A DNA stretch of 64,000 nucleotides from Azolla caroliniana (Eukaryota; Plantae; Polypodiophyta), in the NCBI GenBank assembly GCA_043228905.1, contig JBHGNT010000022.1, positions 1,798,001-1,862,000 on the forward strand, given 5' to 3'. Under the pieces are notes generated by a model. That model saw only the letters and a program-made list of their open reading frames with translations. It ran no database searches and was not told where the DNA came from. How positions within the stretch are numbered: position 1 is the stretch's first letter; each line of letters starts with the position of its first letter. Made by a program: the position numbers and the translations under genes. Shown in pieces: positions 1 to 11,700 of this stretch.

Positions 1-16
1 CTTTATACACTTCGAT

Positions 17-1516
17 GTGTGGGGGCCGGCACAAAACGTTAGTCTTGGTGGGAGCCGATATTTCGTCTCCTTCATCGACGACCACACGCGGCACACGTGG
101 ATCTACCTCATTGAGAGGAAGAGCGAAGTCTTCGACTATTTCCGGGACCTCAAAGGGTTTGTGGAAACCAAAACGGGACGAAAGATCAAGTCCCTGCGGT
201 CGGATGGCGGGAAAGAGTACTTTTCCGGTCAATTCAACGGTTACCTACAACAAATGGGAATTCGCCGCGAATTCAGTTATAGATACACGCCGGAGCAGAA
301 CGGCGTGGCAGAGAGAAAGAATCGGTCGATTGTGGAAGCGGCACGGGTGATGCTGGAGGAGAAGAGCTTGCCCAAATTCTACTGGGCCGAGGCAGTAAGG
401 ACCGCAGTATACATCCAAAACCGGATCGGAGACAAAGTGTCGGCGCACGAGCTATATTTCGGAACGAAGCCGAACTTGCGACACTTGAGGGTGTTCGGTA
501 GCATTGCGTATGTACATATACCGAAGGAGAAAAGGAGGAAGCTGGATGCAAAGGCCGAGAAATGCATCTTGGTCGGTTACTCGGACGAGCAGAAGGGTTA
601 TAAGTGCTATAACCCTCGCACCAAACAAGCGCGTGTCAGCCACGACGTGGTGTTTGATGAGTCTGCGTCCTGGTACCTGCCCCCGACTACGAACCTAGAC
701 TCCAATCCGAGTTCTGACTATGAGGTCAGCGAGGCCGAGATGCCTCCGAATGAGCCCGAAATTGAGACCCGCGAAGAGAGTCCGATTTCACTCCGGTTAA
801 GTGGACCGATTGGACGACTGAGTCGGTACGACCAGTCCGATGAAGAGCCGGCGAGTAGTGGAGACTCGGCCGTGCATTCCCCGCGCAGGAAGTCGAGGAG
901 ACGGCTTACGCGCAAAGAGAAAGGGAAGAAGAAGGTGTCGGATTCCGGCACGGATAGGTACGAGTCAGACCGACGCGAGTCCGACTCCGAGGGAGCCGGT
1001 GACAAGTCTTTAAAGATGAAGACTGCGTCGACCGAGAAGGCCTCGACATCGGCTAATGTGAGATTACGCCGATCTACCCGCCAGAAGAACCCAGTTGTGC
1101 GGTTCGGATACAACGAGTACATGGCGCATCATTATGCGTACATGACCCGTGTAGCGGAAGTGCGTGAGCCGGAGAGCTACGCAGAAGCGGCTAAAGACGC
1201 GAATTGGCGTGCCACGATAGAGGAAGAGATGCACGCATTGGCGGAGAACGAGACCTGGGACCTGGTTGACGCTCCGAAGGGTGTAAAACCGATCGGGTGT
1301 AGGTGGGTGTACAAGGTCAAGTACAACACTGATGGCTCGGTCAACCGGTACAAGTCTCGGCTAGTGGCAAAGGGCTACACGCAGAAACATGGCATCGACT
1401 ACGATGAGACGTTTGCGCCATTCGCGAAAATGACGACCGTTCGTGTTTTGCTCGCAGTAGCCGCGGCCAAGGGGTGGCACCTACATCAAATGGATGTAAA
1501 GAATGCGTTCATGTAA
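17..1516 (+). pseudogene. copia A1 pol: integrase core (FIDD, RSDGGKEY, QNGVAERKNR), spacer and RT N-terminus; ends at a premature TAA
   Basis: 499-aa ORF; QMDVKNAF-M-stop-GDLEE shows an in-frame nonsense codon at 1514-1516. Confidence 0.93.
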
Positions 1517-1534
1517 GGTGACCTTGAGGAACAA

Positions 1535-2740
1535 GTGTACATGGTACAGCCCCCCGGATTTCACTCTGGAACGAACTCCTCGGCAGTATGCCGACTAAAG
1601 AAGTCCCTTTACGGACTGAAGCAAGCCCCGCGTGCCTGGAACGCGAAGATCACGCAACAACTGCGTCGGATGGGTTTCGTCACGTCAAAATCGGACTCTT
1701 CCCTGTTCATCCAGAAAGGTCGACTCGGCCCGGTTAGTATTCTACTATATGTCGATGACTTGGTCATCACCGGCGCCGACCTAGGTGAAATCGACCGCGT
1801 GAAGCTCCAGCTTGCGGCATCGTTCGACATGAAGGATCTGGGAGACCTTCATTACTTCCTTGGGATCGAAGTGATCCGTACCCCCGAAAGCATATTGATT
1901 AGCCAACGTCATTACGTGCTGAGTATGCTCTTCAAATTCGGGATGGCCGACTGTAAGTCCATCTCGACTCCTCTGGACAGAACCGTCAAGCTTCGTCCCG
2001 ATACGGGAAAGGTATGCGACCCTACGAGGTTCCGACAAATTGTCGGAAGCCTTATATACTTGACCATCACCCGACCCGACCTCAGTTATCCGGTCGGGGT
2101 GATCAGTCAGTTCATGGCACGACCTACCGAGGAGCACCTTCAGTGTGCACAACGCATACTTCGGTATGTCAACGGCACTAAGGACCGGGGACTGCTATAT
2201 CGGACCGGTGCAGCCACGCGGTTAGTCGCCTACACCGATGTTGATTGGGCTGGCAATGCCGCCGATCGCCGATCCACGTCTGGATACGTGTTCTCCCTCG
2301 GGAGTGTCGTGATCGCGTGGAGCAGTAAGAAGCAGCCGACAAGTGCACTGTCGAGCACCGAAGCCGAGTACCGAGGAGCGGTTGTCGCGACATGCGAAAC
2401 CATATGGTTGAAGCGACTACTTAAGGACCTGCGAGAGGAGGTGTCCGATCCAACGACGTTCTACTGCGACAACCTCAGCAGCATCCAACTCGCGAAGAAC
2501 CCCATCTTCCACGCACCGACCAAGCACATTGAGGTGCACTACCATTTCGTCCTTGAGCGTGTCCTTTCCGGTGAGGTCGAACTTCAGTACGTTCCGACGG
2601 ATCGGCAGACTGCCGACATCTTCACCAAGCCTCTTGGTCTGGACAAGTTGCGGCAATTCTCAGGTGCGCTCAGATTGCGTCACCTCAACGTGCCAAACTT
2701 GAGGGGGAGAACAGTCCCGAATGACCAAGCAAAGCAGTAG
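1535..2740 (+). pseudogene. copia A1 pol: reverse transcriptase (YVDD) and RNase H
   Basis: LKKSLYGLKQAPRAW, LYVDDL, WSSKKQ, TKHIEVHYHF motifs; same frame as the upstream ORF. Confidence 0.93.
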
Positions 2741-3223
2741 GAAAGGAGCGGAGACTGCGACACCGAGTTGGTTGTCGAGTTCGACTTCGGATCGGCTGAA
2801 GAAGCCGAGGGCGGATCCGCCGAAAAGTTCGGAAGCGGACAGAAGGGGAGCAACCGAAGGAGAGAGCCGAAGCCAACCACGCATGAGGAGGATGACGCCA
2901 TCGAGGGCGAGAAGACCGAAGACGAGTTGGAGACAGCCAACTCGGACGAGAGCGAAGACCGATCGGAGGTAGCCGAGTCAGTTCGGATGTTTGATTCAGA
3001 CACGCTGAATCAACCGAGGCCCAAGCGGAAGAAAAGGCAGCAGAAGAAGCGTCAACACCGCAACAACAGAAGAGCTGATGAGGGCCACATGAGCAAACAA
3101 GCCGACCAGAAGGGTTGAAGCGCGCGGAGTCGAACAGGTCGAGGAGCGCGAGCGAGGCGAGAAGCCAGGAGGAACCGGTGCTGTGAAGATCCCGAAGAGC
3201 CTCAAGTTGAGCTTGAGGGGGAG

Positions 3224-3610
3224 TGTTGAGAGACAAGCTCAACATCAGCCGGATCGGCTGAAGAAGCCGAGGACCGGATCAATTGGGACCGATCGGTTAG
3301 GCCGAGTGCATAAACCGGGAGGCCGTTAGGAAAGATATTCCATGAGGAATATATTTCGGAGTTAGTGTAGGAGCTCTTGATGAGCATTGAAGTACTATCA
3401 GTACTTCGGTCAGTCATTCTAGGCCTTGTATAAAAGTGCTCATTGAGCACGTCTTATGTACAGATTGAGTATTATTGTTGAATATAGTTTTTTGTGTTTT
3501 CTCTCTCTGTCTCTCCCGAGTATACTGCGTAAGCTCAAGCTCTCCATTGAACCTGAGTTTCCTTCCTTCTGTTCGGTCTTCATACTTGCTTCCGCACGTT
3601 ACTTTCTACA
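3224..3610 (+). repeat. 3' LTR of copia A1
   Basis: TG...CA termini, preceded by PPT, TATAAAA near 3430, homologous to the other family A LTRs. Confidence 0.88.
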
Positions 3611-3720
3611 TTATTTTACTAGTTTTCATATCGTGTGTGAAAAACCACACGACATTCACCCCCACCAAACCTGCATATCCACCAGTATGTGCCAATTGTG
3701 GTGAGGTTCCTCTTTTTTAA

Positions 3721-4917
3721 TTACTCTTCTTCAACCTCGATGTTCGAGGATACATCATCTAGATCTTCGATCTCAAGATTTGGGGCTTCTCTTCTCTTAA
3801 AGATCTTGATCCTCTTCCCTGCTATCGGCAAAGCAAGTCGAGTTCCATCCAACTCCGCTAAAAAATAGGTTGCATTGCTTTCTACTTTCTTGACCATATA
3901 CGGGCCAAACCATCGTTTTGCAAACTTTCGAGCAGTGCTATATTGATTATCGAGACTACTATCATAGACAAGAACCCAATCTCCTTCTTCAATTTTTCTT
4001 TGTCGAAGACGATGCTTTCTATCAAAATTCTCCTTGTTCTTCAATCGAGCTTGGTGCAACCGTTCTATTGCCAACTAGACATCTTCGAGCCTTCATTCTA
4101 ATTGTTGAATCCTCATGGCTAGCAAGTCTTCCCGACTCATTTCCTCTTGCCATGGCAAAGACGTCCACGAAGCAACACTTTGCTCAATAGGCATTATTGG
4201 TTTTTGTCCTAATATGAGTTCGGCGGGCATATATCCCGTAGTCGTGCTATGTGTAGTTCTATCTGCCCACAATGCATAAGGTAGTAATCGTGGCCAATTT
4301 CCCATCTTGCCATCGCAAGCCTTTGCTAGAGCTTTTACAATTGGACTATGTCCTCGTTCCACCTTCCCATTTGCGTCCGAGTTGTATGCCATGGTGAGCG
4401 ATAATTTGACGCCTATTCTTGAAAAGAACTCTTTAGCTTCATTCGCATCTAATTCTCCTCTATCGGCCACTATTTTGCCAACACATCCGTATCGACAAAT
4501 AACATCTTCAAGGAGAAACCTACAAACCGCCGAAGTTGTTTTATTCCTTAGCGCTCGTCCTTCTACTTGGTTGGTGAGATCCTCTCTTGCTAGCACGAGA
4601 TATTTCAATTGCCCCAATCCCATTGGCATAACCACTATGTCTACCAACCACTTATAGTGCATTGATAATGGATATGTCAGATGAAGTTCATCCCTATGTT
4701 GAATATTCGAGTATAATTGGCATTGCTCACATGTTTCAACATAGCTTGCTACATCTTTGTAAACACCCGGCCACCAATACTTCTCCTTGAGCTTTGCAAA
4801 TGTTGCCCATATACCACGATGACCTGCCCACACACTATCATGAAATTCAACAATTAGTGTTTGTTGATCCTGTTTCTTGCACACCACTCGAAGTGGAGTT
4901 CCATTCTTTTTCTTCAA
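3721..4917 (-). pseudogene. gypsy integrase (HHCC zinc finger, DDE core, GPY/F C-terminus; no chromodomain), split by a stop
   Basis: FHDSVWAGHRG...CEQC, DIVVM, ADRGE, NGKVERGH, KRWFGPY in ORFs 4093-4917 and 3721-4074. Confidence 0.9.
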
Positions 4918-4971
4918 AAACTTCCATAGATGTCCTTCTTTGAGGAAGAACTTGTAGGCCTTCTTCCTAAT

Positions 4972-5590
4972 TCAGTAGAAGTCTTCCTTTGACCATGATT
5001 CATCTTTTGTAAGAGAGCTTAAGTATTTGCCAATTTCGATGAATTCACCCTCATAATCTTCTACTTTGAACACTGCTAGCACCCGAGCACAAGAAACTGT
5101 AAAGAAGTTTAGGCCAACATCCTCTTCGTCGGAGTGCAAATCTTCTTCACCCTCATACCTCGCCCTTGATAACATATCGGCCACCACATTATGCTTTCCA
5201 TTTATATGCCGAATCTCGGGGTTGAGGGACTTGATATAGGCAATCCATCGCAGCATAGCAATATCCGGTGTAGCACAACCGGATATCATTCCGAGAATAG
5301 GTAGACAGTCGGTTTCGATTATGACCTCTAATCCTATAAGGTAGTCACAGTCGGTTTTAACCGCGGATACTATTCCCCATAGCTCTCTCTTTACTTGAGC
5401 ATACTTCCTTAGTCTTTCGGTTAACACCTTCGCACCAAATCGGATTGCTTACCGATTCTTTTCTTTGTCTTCTTGGTTTATCACTCATCCACTTCCGGTT
5501 GGGCTCGTATCCACCATCACATATATCGGGGTACCATCGGTGTAGTCGGCTTTGCACAGTGCTGGAGCTTCCAATAATAGTTTCTTTAGC
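4972..5590 (-). pseudogene. gypsy RNase H region, frameshifted
   Basis: YAQVKRELWGIV, ETDCLP, RWIAYI, GKHNVVADMLSR motifs. Confidence 0.85.
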
Positions 5591-5592
5591 TT

Positions 5593-7172
5593 TCAAATCG
5601 CGTAGGTATGCTCATCTTCCCATTCGAACTTCTTCCTTTTCTTTAATAGTCCATACAATGGTTCAGTGACATGGGCATAATGTGGAATCCATATGTGATA
5701 GAATGCACATGCTCCCAAGAATCTACGCACCTCCGTTTGAGACACACATTCTTCTTTCATCTCTTGAATAGCGTTCACCTTGGATGGAGATGGTTTCCGG
5801 CCATAAGACCCACATAAGTGTCCTACTACCAATATTTCTGGTTGACCGAATGTAGACTTCTCTCTCGAAAGCGTGAGATTCGCATCCTCAAGCTTTTGCA
5901 ACACCTTCTCGCTATCCTTTATATGATCGATGACGAATCTTCGACAACCATCTTCATCTTTCGATTCATCTTTCTCTTCCATCAAGCATCCTTTGATTGG
6001 AATGTCATCTAAGAAGGGCATTGTGATATCGGGGATGCAATCCCTCAACACTTTATTCATGGCATTCACCATGTGGGCTACGGAATTTGTTGCACCTTGG
6101 GGTAAGGTGCACATCCTTACCAACCCGATCGGCATCCTCATTGTCGTTATGTCTCTACTATTGACGGCCAATTGAAATTGATCATAGCCCGAGTAGAGAT
6201 CTCCAATGGAATAGATCAATCTTCTCGCGAAGGCTTCGGCAAATTCATCCACGCTTGGACCAATTCCGGCATTTCGGATCGTCACCTTGTTGACAGGTTG
6301 GAGATCTTGTATAAAGCATAAGGACCCGTTCTTCTTCGGCACCGTAAACCATCTATTAGAGTAGGGAGCATTGGATGGCTCAAGAATTCCCATCCTAACC
6401 TTTTCCTTTAGAAGCTCAATCAACTTTGGAATGTGAGCTCTTGGAACCGGTATCGGCTTGAGGTTCCAAGGTACATGTGGCACCATAAAAATCACCATCG
6501 GCTCTATCATCTTCGGGTCGGCACATCCGATCTCTTGTGGAGAGAAGGCAAAGGCTTTCCCATGTCTCTCAAGCATTCCGCGGAACATTCTCTCCTCTTC
6601 AGGGAGAAGGAAATCTTCCCTTCCAACTTGTAGCTTTCCTTTCGTCTCTTTGGTGAAGACATGACCTATTGCCTTTGGATCCCTTAAGCTCGGGTCATTG
6701 GCAACTTCTTTCATCTTCTGCCAGCTATCTTCCGGTAGCGGAACCGCAACTGGCTTGATCTTCTTATCCACCGTTTTATATTTTGTGTTGACTTCAGCTT
6801 CCTCCATCAAGATGCCTCGATGATATTCATCGATGATAGCGTACATGTTGACGGAGTTAACCGAAATCACATTTTGATCATGAGGGTAGCTCAAGTCCAC
6901 GACTTCCTCGATTTCACCGATGGTGTCGTTAAATGAGGCTTCCTCTAGAATATGAGACACGAATTCTTCTTCTTCGATTATGCTTTCTTCTTTCAGCATC
7001 TTCTCGAAGTCTTGTATCTTACGCTTGTCCTTCTTGTTGAGTACTGTTAGTTTACATGCGCCACTAGGTGTCACACATGTTGCTTCTCCTTGCGATCCAC
7101 TTATTTCGCTTCCTTGTGGGGACTTATGATTGCTCGGACTATTTGTGCCCCACGCTTCAATAGTCCGCTCTA
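5593..7172 (-). pseudogene. gypsy reverse transcriptase (pol ORF, in the -1 frame relative to gag-PR)
   Basis: VPKKNGSL, DLYSGYDQ, LPQGATNS, FLDD, VRRFLG motifs; frame is open upstream to the U-rich site at 7172. Confidence 0.92.
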
Positions 7173-7595
7173 AAAAACTGAGGATTCGCCTCCAAGGCTA
7201 TCTCGGTTCCTTTCGTGATTAGCCCGCACCGTAAGGAATTGAATAGATCTTTGATTGTCAAGGCTCTTGACTCGCGTGAAGGCCACTCCGTTATCGAACA
7301 CCTTAGTCTCCATCCGGGACGATGTGATATATGGTTGTCCTAGGATGATGGGATGTGAAGCCGAGTCTTGCACGAAGAAGTGTTGATCCATCTCCACATC
7401 TCCGATCGTGACTTTAACATTGGGGCAAGCTCCGTACAGGTCTTCCGTGGCCTTCGTTTCCGCTCGTATCTTCCATCCGTGGTTTGTGTTGATCGGCCAT
7501 CTTCCTTTCTTGTAGAATTTAGTGGACATGAGGTTGATCTCCGAACCATGGTCAATCAAGGCTACCACGGTCTCCTTCTTCTCTCCGATCTTCAC
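7170..7595 (-). pseudogene. gypsy aspartic protease
   Basis: ALIDHGSEINLM catalytic motif and IILGQPY motif. Confidence 0.85.
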
Positions 7596-8022
7596 CGGCG
7601 TCTCTGTTGTCGCTCTTGCCTAATGAGGCCGAGAGTAATGGTTGTCCGCCATCACTTCTTCTTCCTCCTCCTCTTCGGATCTTGCCATGGTTATGGCACT
7701 TGTTTTCACCTCTTCTTCATCCGATTGTTGCCGCTTCCGCTTAATCAAGTCCACGATAGTATCGTGGAACTCCTTCTTAGCGATCCCAAGTAGCTCTCTC
7801 AAAGTAAGGTCGACATGACTGTCTAAAACCTTCTCCTCAAGGACCTTCCGCAAGTTGGTTGTTTGTTCTATGTCCGACCTTAGCTTGTAAGTCGGCGCCA
7901 CTCGTTCCTTTCCTTTCTTCACAGATTCATCGACTTCCATCCGAGAAGGTTGGCTCGATCCACCGGGCTTCATGCTTGTTTCTCCTATCTCTTTTCGTGG
8001 CGTAGGTTGGGCTTGTCCTTCT

Positions 8023-8325
8023 TGTTGGAGATCAAGGTCGTCTATGCGGAAGATCAAGAAGCATTCGATTCTGTTCTGAGTACCTGCGTATGACAGTTTC
8101 TACGATCTTGCACAGAGAGAGAGAGAGAGAGAGAGAGAGGCACAAAAGACTTTCTATTCCACAAAGCAATAATACAACACCCAACCTTACAAAAAGGTTA
8201 CAAGGTCACTATATATAGTGACCGACTTAGGGCAACTACCCTTTATGCTAATTACACAAATGGCCCAAACTTGAGCTATAGAAGGGGATAGTGTGAATAC
8301 GTCCATTATACACTTGTATTCGACA
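8023..8325 (-). repeat. 3' LTR of copia B1
   Basis: TG...CA, near-identical to 13208-13504. Confidence 0.96.
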
Positions 8326-8517
8326 CTCCCCCGTAATGGGCGTATACATGGGTTATCTAAGATTACAGGTATAAACTTAGGTTCTCGGACATATCAGTTT
8401 TGTTCGAGTCGGCAGGGTCCGAGGCAGAAGACCGAACTGGTCGGGTCGGAAGAGTTGAAGCCGATCATTAAGGAACTGATGTCGGTTGTCGGAAACCATC
8501 CTGCGCTGTGTCCGGCT

Positions 8518-11500
8518 CTAACCGGACTGGTTTGTCGTTACGCCCATCTGATGCCGAAGAGACCGAAAGCGGTCTGCCGAAAGACACTTGGTCATTCCAT
8601 CTACGACATTGTCGGTTGTGGATATTTTCTCTAGACCGATTTTCCCTGAAATGACGCAGTCCCGAACGAAGTGATATCGAACGTCGATATGTTTGGAGGC
8701 GTTGTGGTGAACCGGATTTCTCGACAAGGCAACAGCACCTTGACTGTCGCTATAGACAACTGGGGCCGAGTCATGGTCGACTTGTCGAAACGTGTGCGCC
8801 AGCCGACCGAGCCACAAAGCTTCTTTTGCTGCGTCGGACGCAGCTACATATTCTGCTTCGGTCGTTGAGGTCGCTGTGCACTCCTGAAGTTTCGACTTCC
8901 ACGAGATTGCTCCATTGCCGAATTTGAAGCAGTATCCGGTTGTTGATTTCCGATTGTCTATACAGCCGGCGAAGTCCGAGTCGGTGTAACCGACTACGCC
9001 TGAGGTTCGGTTCGGACCGAAAAGAATGTCGTGGTCTTTTGTGCCAGCCAGATATCTGAACACATGCTTGACTGCGTTCCAATGCGATCGGCCGGGATTG
9101 TGCATAAATCTGCTAACGACTCCTACGGCGTGAGAAATATCAGGCCGTGTCGCGACCATCAGGTACATAAGGGAGCCGACTGCCGGTGCATACGGTACCG
9201 ACTTCATATCTTCCCCCTCCGGACCGGATGTCGGGCAGTCTCGCTGAGAGAGCCGAAGATTCATGGGGAGCGGGGTTGAAGCAGATTTGGCTGATTGCAT
9301 GTTGAAGCGTTCCAAGACACGTCGGATATAGTCGGTCTGAGACAAAAAAAGATGTCGTTTATCGCGATGCCGACTAATCTTCATGCCGAGTATGTGTCGT
9401 GCCGGACCGAGGTCCTTCATGGCAAACTTCAACCGCAGTTGCCGAATGAGATCGGCAAGTTCGCCCGCGTGGCGTCCAGAAATTAGCATGTCGTCCACGT
9501 AAATGATGAGGAAGATGGGTGATCCATCTTGAGCTGTGTTGGTAAAAAGACAATGGTCCTCATCGCTTTTTGAGAAGCCGATCGATTGGATGAAGTCGTC
9601 GAACTTCTTGTACCATTGTCGCGGTGCCTGTTTGAGGCCGTATAGACTCTTCCTGAGTCGGCAGACTAGATGTTCTTGGCCAGGTGCCACGAAGCCTTTT
9701 GGCTGCTCCATATAAATTTCCTCTTCAAGATCACCATGGAGGAAGGCTGTTTTGACATCTAGCTGAATCAGCTCCAAGTTGTCGGCTGCCACTACGCCGA
9801 GTAGAAAACGAAGGGTTGTCATTTTCACCACTGGTGAAAAAATCTCGTCGAAGTCGACGCCATATTCTTGTTGGAAGCCCTTCGCAACTAATCTGGCCTT
9901 GTACTTTGGGGTGGTCGAATCAGACGTCTCTTTTAGTCGATAAACCCACTTGCAAGGAAGAGCACGTCGGTTCCTAGGTAATTCGACCAGATCCCAAGTC
10001 TTGTTTGCCCGAATGGAGTGCATTTCCGACTCCATCGCCAGATGCCAGGTGGCTGAATCGACAGATGTCGATGCTTCTTCGTAAGACGTCGGTTCGCCGG
10101 CGTCGGTGAAGAAAATTCCAGGAGAATACCTCTCCGGAGGTTGCGACAGTCTCTCGGATCGTCGAGGTATGATTGGACTGGTCGCATCGGGTATCGAGGT
10201 CGGATGGTCCGAAAGCTGCTGTGCCGAGTCAGAGTTGTCTGAATCGGTAGTGTAAGGTTCAGCTACCCGTGAAGCTGACCGTGTGTTAAGAGTGGGGCCT
10301 TCTTGAAGGGTCGGCACATCGGAAAATGTTACCCTTCGGACTTCGATCGGTTTTTCGACTGATGGATTCATAGCCGACTCGTTGAACACAACGTCCGAAC
10401 TTCGGACGATTTGTCTGCGTTCGGGATCCCAGAGTCGGTATCCCATTTCGCCGTCGGATCCATATCCAAGGAAAATGCATTTCCTGGACCGAGGTGCAAG
10501 TTTTCGGCGATCATCTTTCGGAATAAGGGCGTACGCCTCGCATCCGAAGATCCTCAGCTTGTCGTAATTCGGCTTACTGCCGATCCATAGTTCCTGAGGA
10601 ATTTGAAGTCCTAGAGGTCTACTTGGCGACATATTGATTATGTGTACTGCCGTGAGTAGAGCCTCTGCCCAGAAGCCATCCGACAATCCGGAGTGTTGGA
10701 GCATGGAAACTATCCGTTCTTGGATTGTCCGATTCATGCGTTCGGCAATCCCGTTTTGCTCCGGGCTGTGTGGTGCCGTAAATTCACGTCGGATGCCGCG
10801 TTGTCGGCAGAATTTGACGAATTCTTCGGATTTGAACTCTCCCCCATTGTCTGTCCGAAAGCATTTCAGCTTTCGGTCGGTTTGATTTTCTACCATAGCG
10901 AGCCAATCGGTGAAGATCGAGAAGACACGATCTTTGGTGCGAATTGGATAAGCCCACACCTTTCGAGTCGAATCGTCAATAAAATTGACGAAGTAAGAGG
11001 CACCGCCGAGAGACTGATGCGGCATTGGGCCACAGACGTCCGAGTGGACTAAATCGAGAGGTCTCGTTTCTCTTGGTGCTGATGTCGGGTGTGATGCGGC
11101 TGCTTGTTTGCCATACTGGCAATGCTCGCAGAATTGATGGTCGGAGAAGGAGAGTTTGGGGATGTATCCGGCTCTAGATAGATGCGTAATGCCGGCCTTG
11201 CTGAGGTGTCCTAATCTTCGGTGCCATAGTGATGACACAGGAATATCCACCAAAAACAGGTTACCCTCTCTGAGCGTAACATGTAGCGGATACAGTGAGT
11301 GTATCTTGGGTCCTCTAGCAAGCAGGAGGTTCCCCCTGTGGAGTGTCCACCCTCCCGAAGAAAAACCGGCACGAATGCCGTCTTCATCTAGTTGTCCGAC
11401 TGAGATCAATGGCCTTGAGAGCTCGGGTACATGTCGGACATTGTGAAGTACAAGTGTAGAGCCACCTGCAAGGTTGAGCTCTACTGTGCCGATTCCGATG

Positions 11501-11700
11501 ATGTCACAGTGTTGTGAGTTGCCGACTCGAACTGAGTCGGAGTGACGGATCGTATATTGCCGAAATTGGGATCTATGAGGAGTCACGTGAAATGACGCGC
11601 CCGAATCCAAGAGCCATGTGCTTGATTCTTCAGTCGTGAGCAAAACTTCTGAGCCGATTGGATTTTCGATTGATAGTATATTCGGGTCGTTTGGTAGCAC
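8518..11700 (-). CDS. copia B1 pol polyprotein (PR-INT-RT-RNase H), uninterrupted 1060-aa ORF; frame stays open upstream through the gag zinc knuckle to about 12010
   Basis: WLLDSGAS, HSDVCGP, RTDNGGEF, IYVDDM, SKHIDVRYHF; CNYCKKPGHIKADC encoded in frame near 11780-11820. Confidence 0.95.
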   Translation of the reverse strand: MLPNDPNILSIENPIGSEVLLTTEESSTWLLDSGASFHVTPHRSQFRQYTIRHSDSVRVGNSQHCDIIGIGTVELNLAGGSTLVLHNVRHVPELSRPLISVGQLDEDGIRAGFSSGGWTLHRGNLLLARGPKIHSLYPLHVTLREGNLFLVDIPVSSLWHRRLGHLSKAGITHLSRAGYIPKLSFSDHQFCEHCQYGKQAAASHPTSAPRETRPLDLVHSDVCGPMPHQSLGGASYFVNFIDDSTRKVWAYPIRTKDRVFSIFTDWLAMVENQTDRKLKCFRTDNGGEFKSEEFVKFCRQRGIRREFTAPHSPEQNGIAERMNRTIQERIVSMLQHSGLSDGFWAEALLTAVHIINMSPSRPLGLQIPQELWIGSKPNYDKLRIFGCEAYALIPKDDRRKLAPRSRKCIFLGYGSDGEMGYRLWDPERRQIVRSSDVVFNESAMNPSVEKPIEVRRVTFSDVPTLQEGPTLNTRSASRVAEPYTTDSDNSDSAQQLSDHPTSIPDATSPIIPRRSERLSQPPERYSPGIFFTDAGEPTSYEEASTSVDSATWHLAMESEMHSIRANKTWDLVELPRNRRALPCKWVYRLKETSDSTTPKYKARLVAKGFQQEYGVDFDEIFSPVVKMTTLRFLLGVVAADNLELIQLDVKTAFLHGDLEEEIYMEQPKGFVAPGQEHLVCRLRKSLYGLKQAPRQWYKKFDDFIQSIGFSKSDEDHCLFTNTAQDGSPIFLIIYVDDMLISGRHAGELADLIRQLRLKFAMKDLGPARHILGMKISRHRDKRHLFLSQTDYIRRVLERFNMQSAKSASTPLPMNLRLSQRDCPTSGPEGEDMKSVPYAPAVGSLMYLMVATRPDISHAVGVVSRFMHNPGRSHWNAVKHVFRYLAGTKDHDILFGPNRTSGVVGYTDSDFAGCIDNRKSTTGYCFKFGNGAISWKSKLQECTATSTTEAEYVAASDAAKEALWLGRLAHTFRQVDHDSAPVVYSDSQGAVALSRNPVHHNASKHIDVRYHFVRDCVISGKIGLEKISTTDNVVDGMTKCLSADRFRSLRHQMGVTTNQSG

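Larger units (their letters stand above)
1..3610 (+). mobile_element. Ty1/copia LTR retrotransposon, family A copy A1 (Ale/Retrofit-like); 5' part lies outside the window; inserted into the 3' LTR of the gypsy element
   Basis: INT-RT-RH domain order; PPT GAGGGGGAG at 3215-3223; LTR TGTTGAG...CTACA at 3224-3610 homologous to LTRs at 18431, 60270 and others; gypsy LTR sequence resumes at 3611. Confidence 0.95.

Noticed and set aside
1514-1516. Programmed readthrough in A1 pol
   Set aside because: The TAA replaces a conserved Gln codon (CAA) within RT, consistent with a C-to-T mutation; other copies read LQGDL.
2768-3118. env-like gene
   Set aside because: No hydrophobic or transmembrane segment; the peptide is charged and low complexity.
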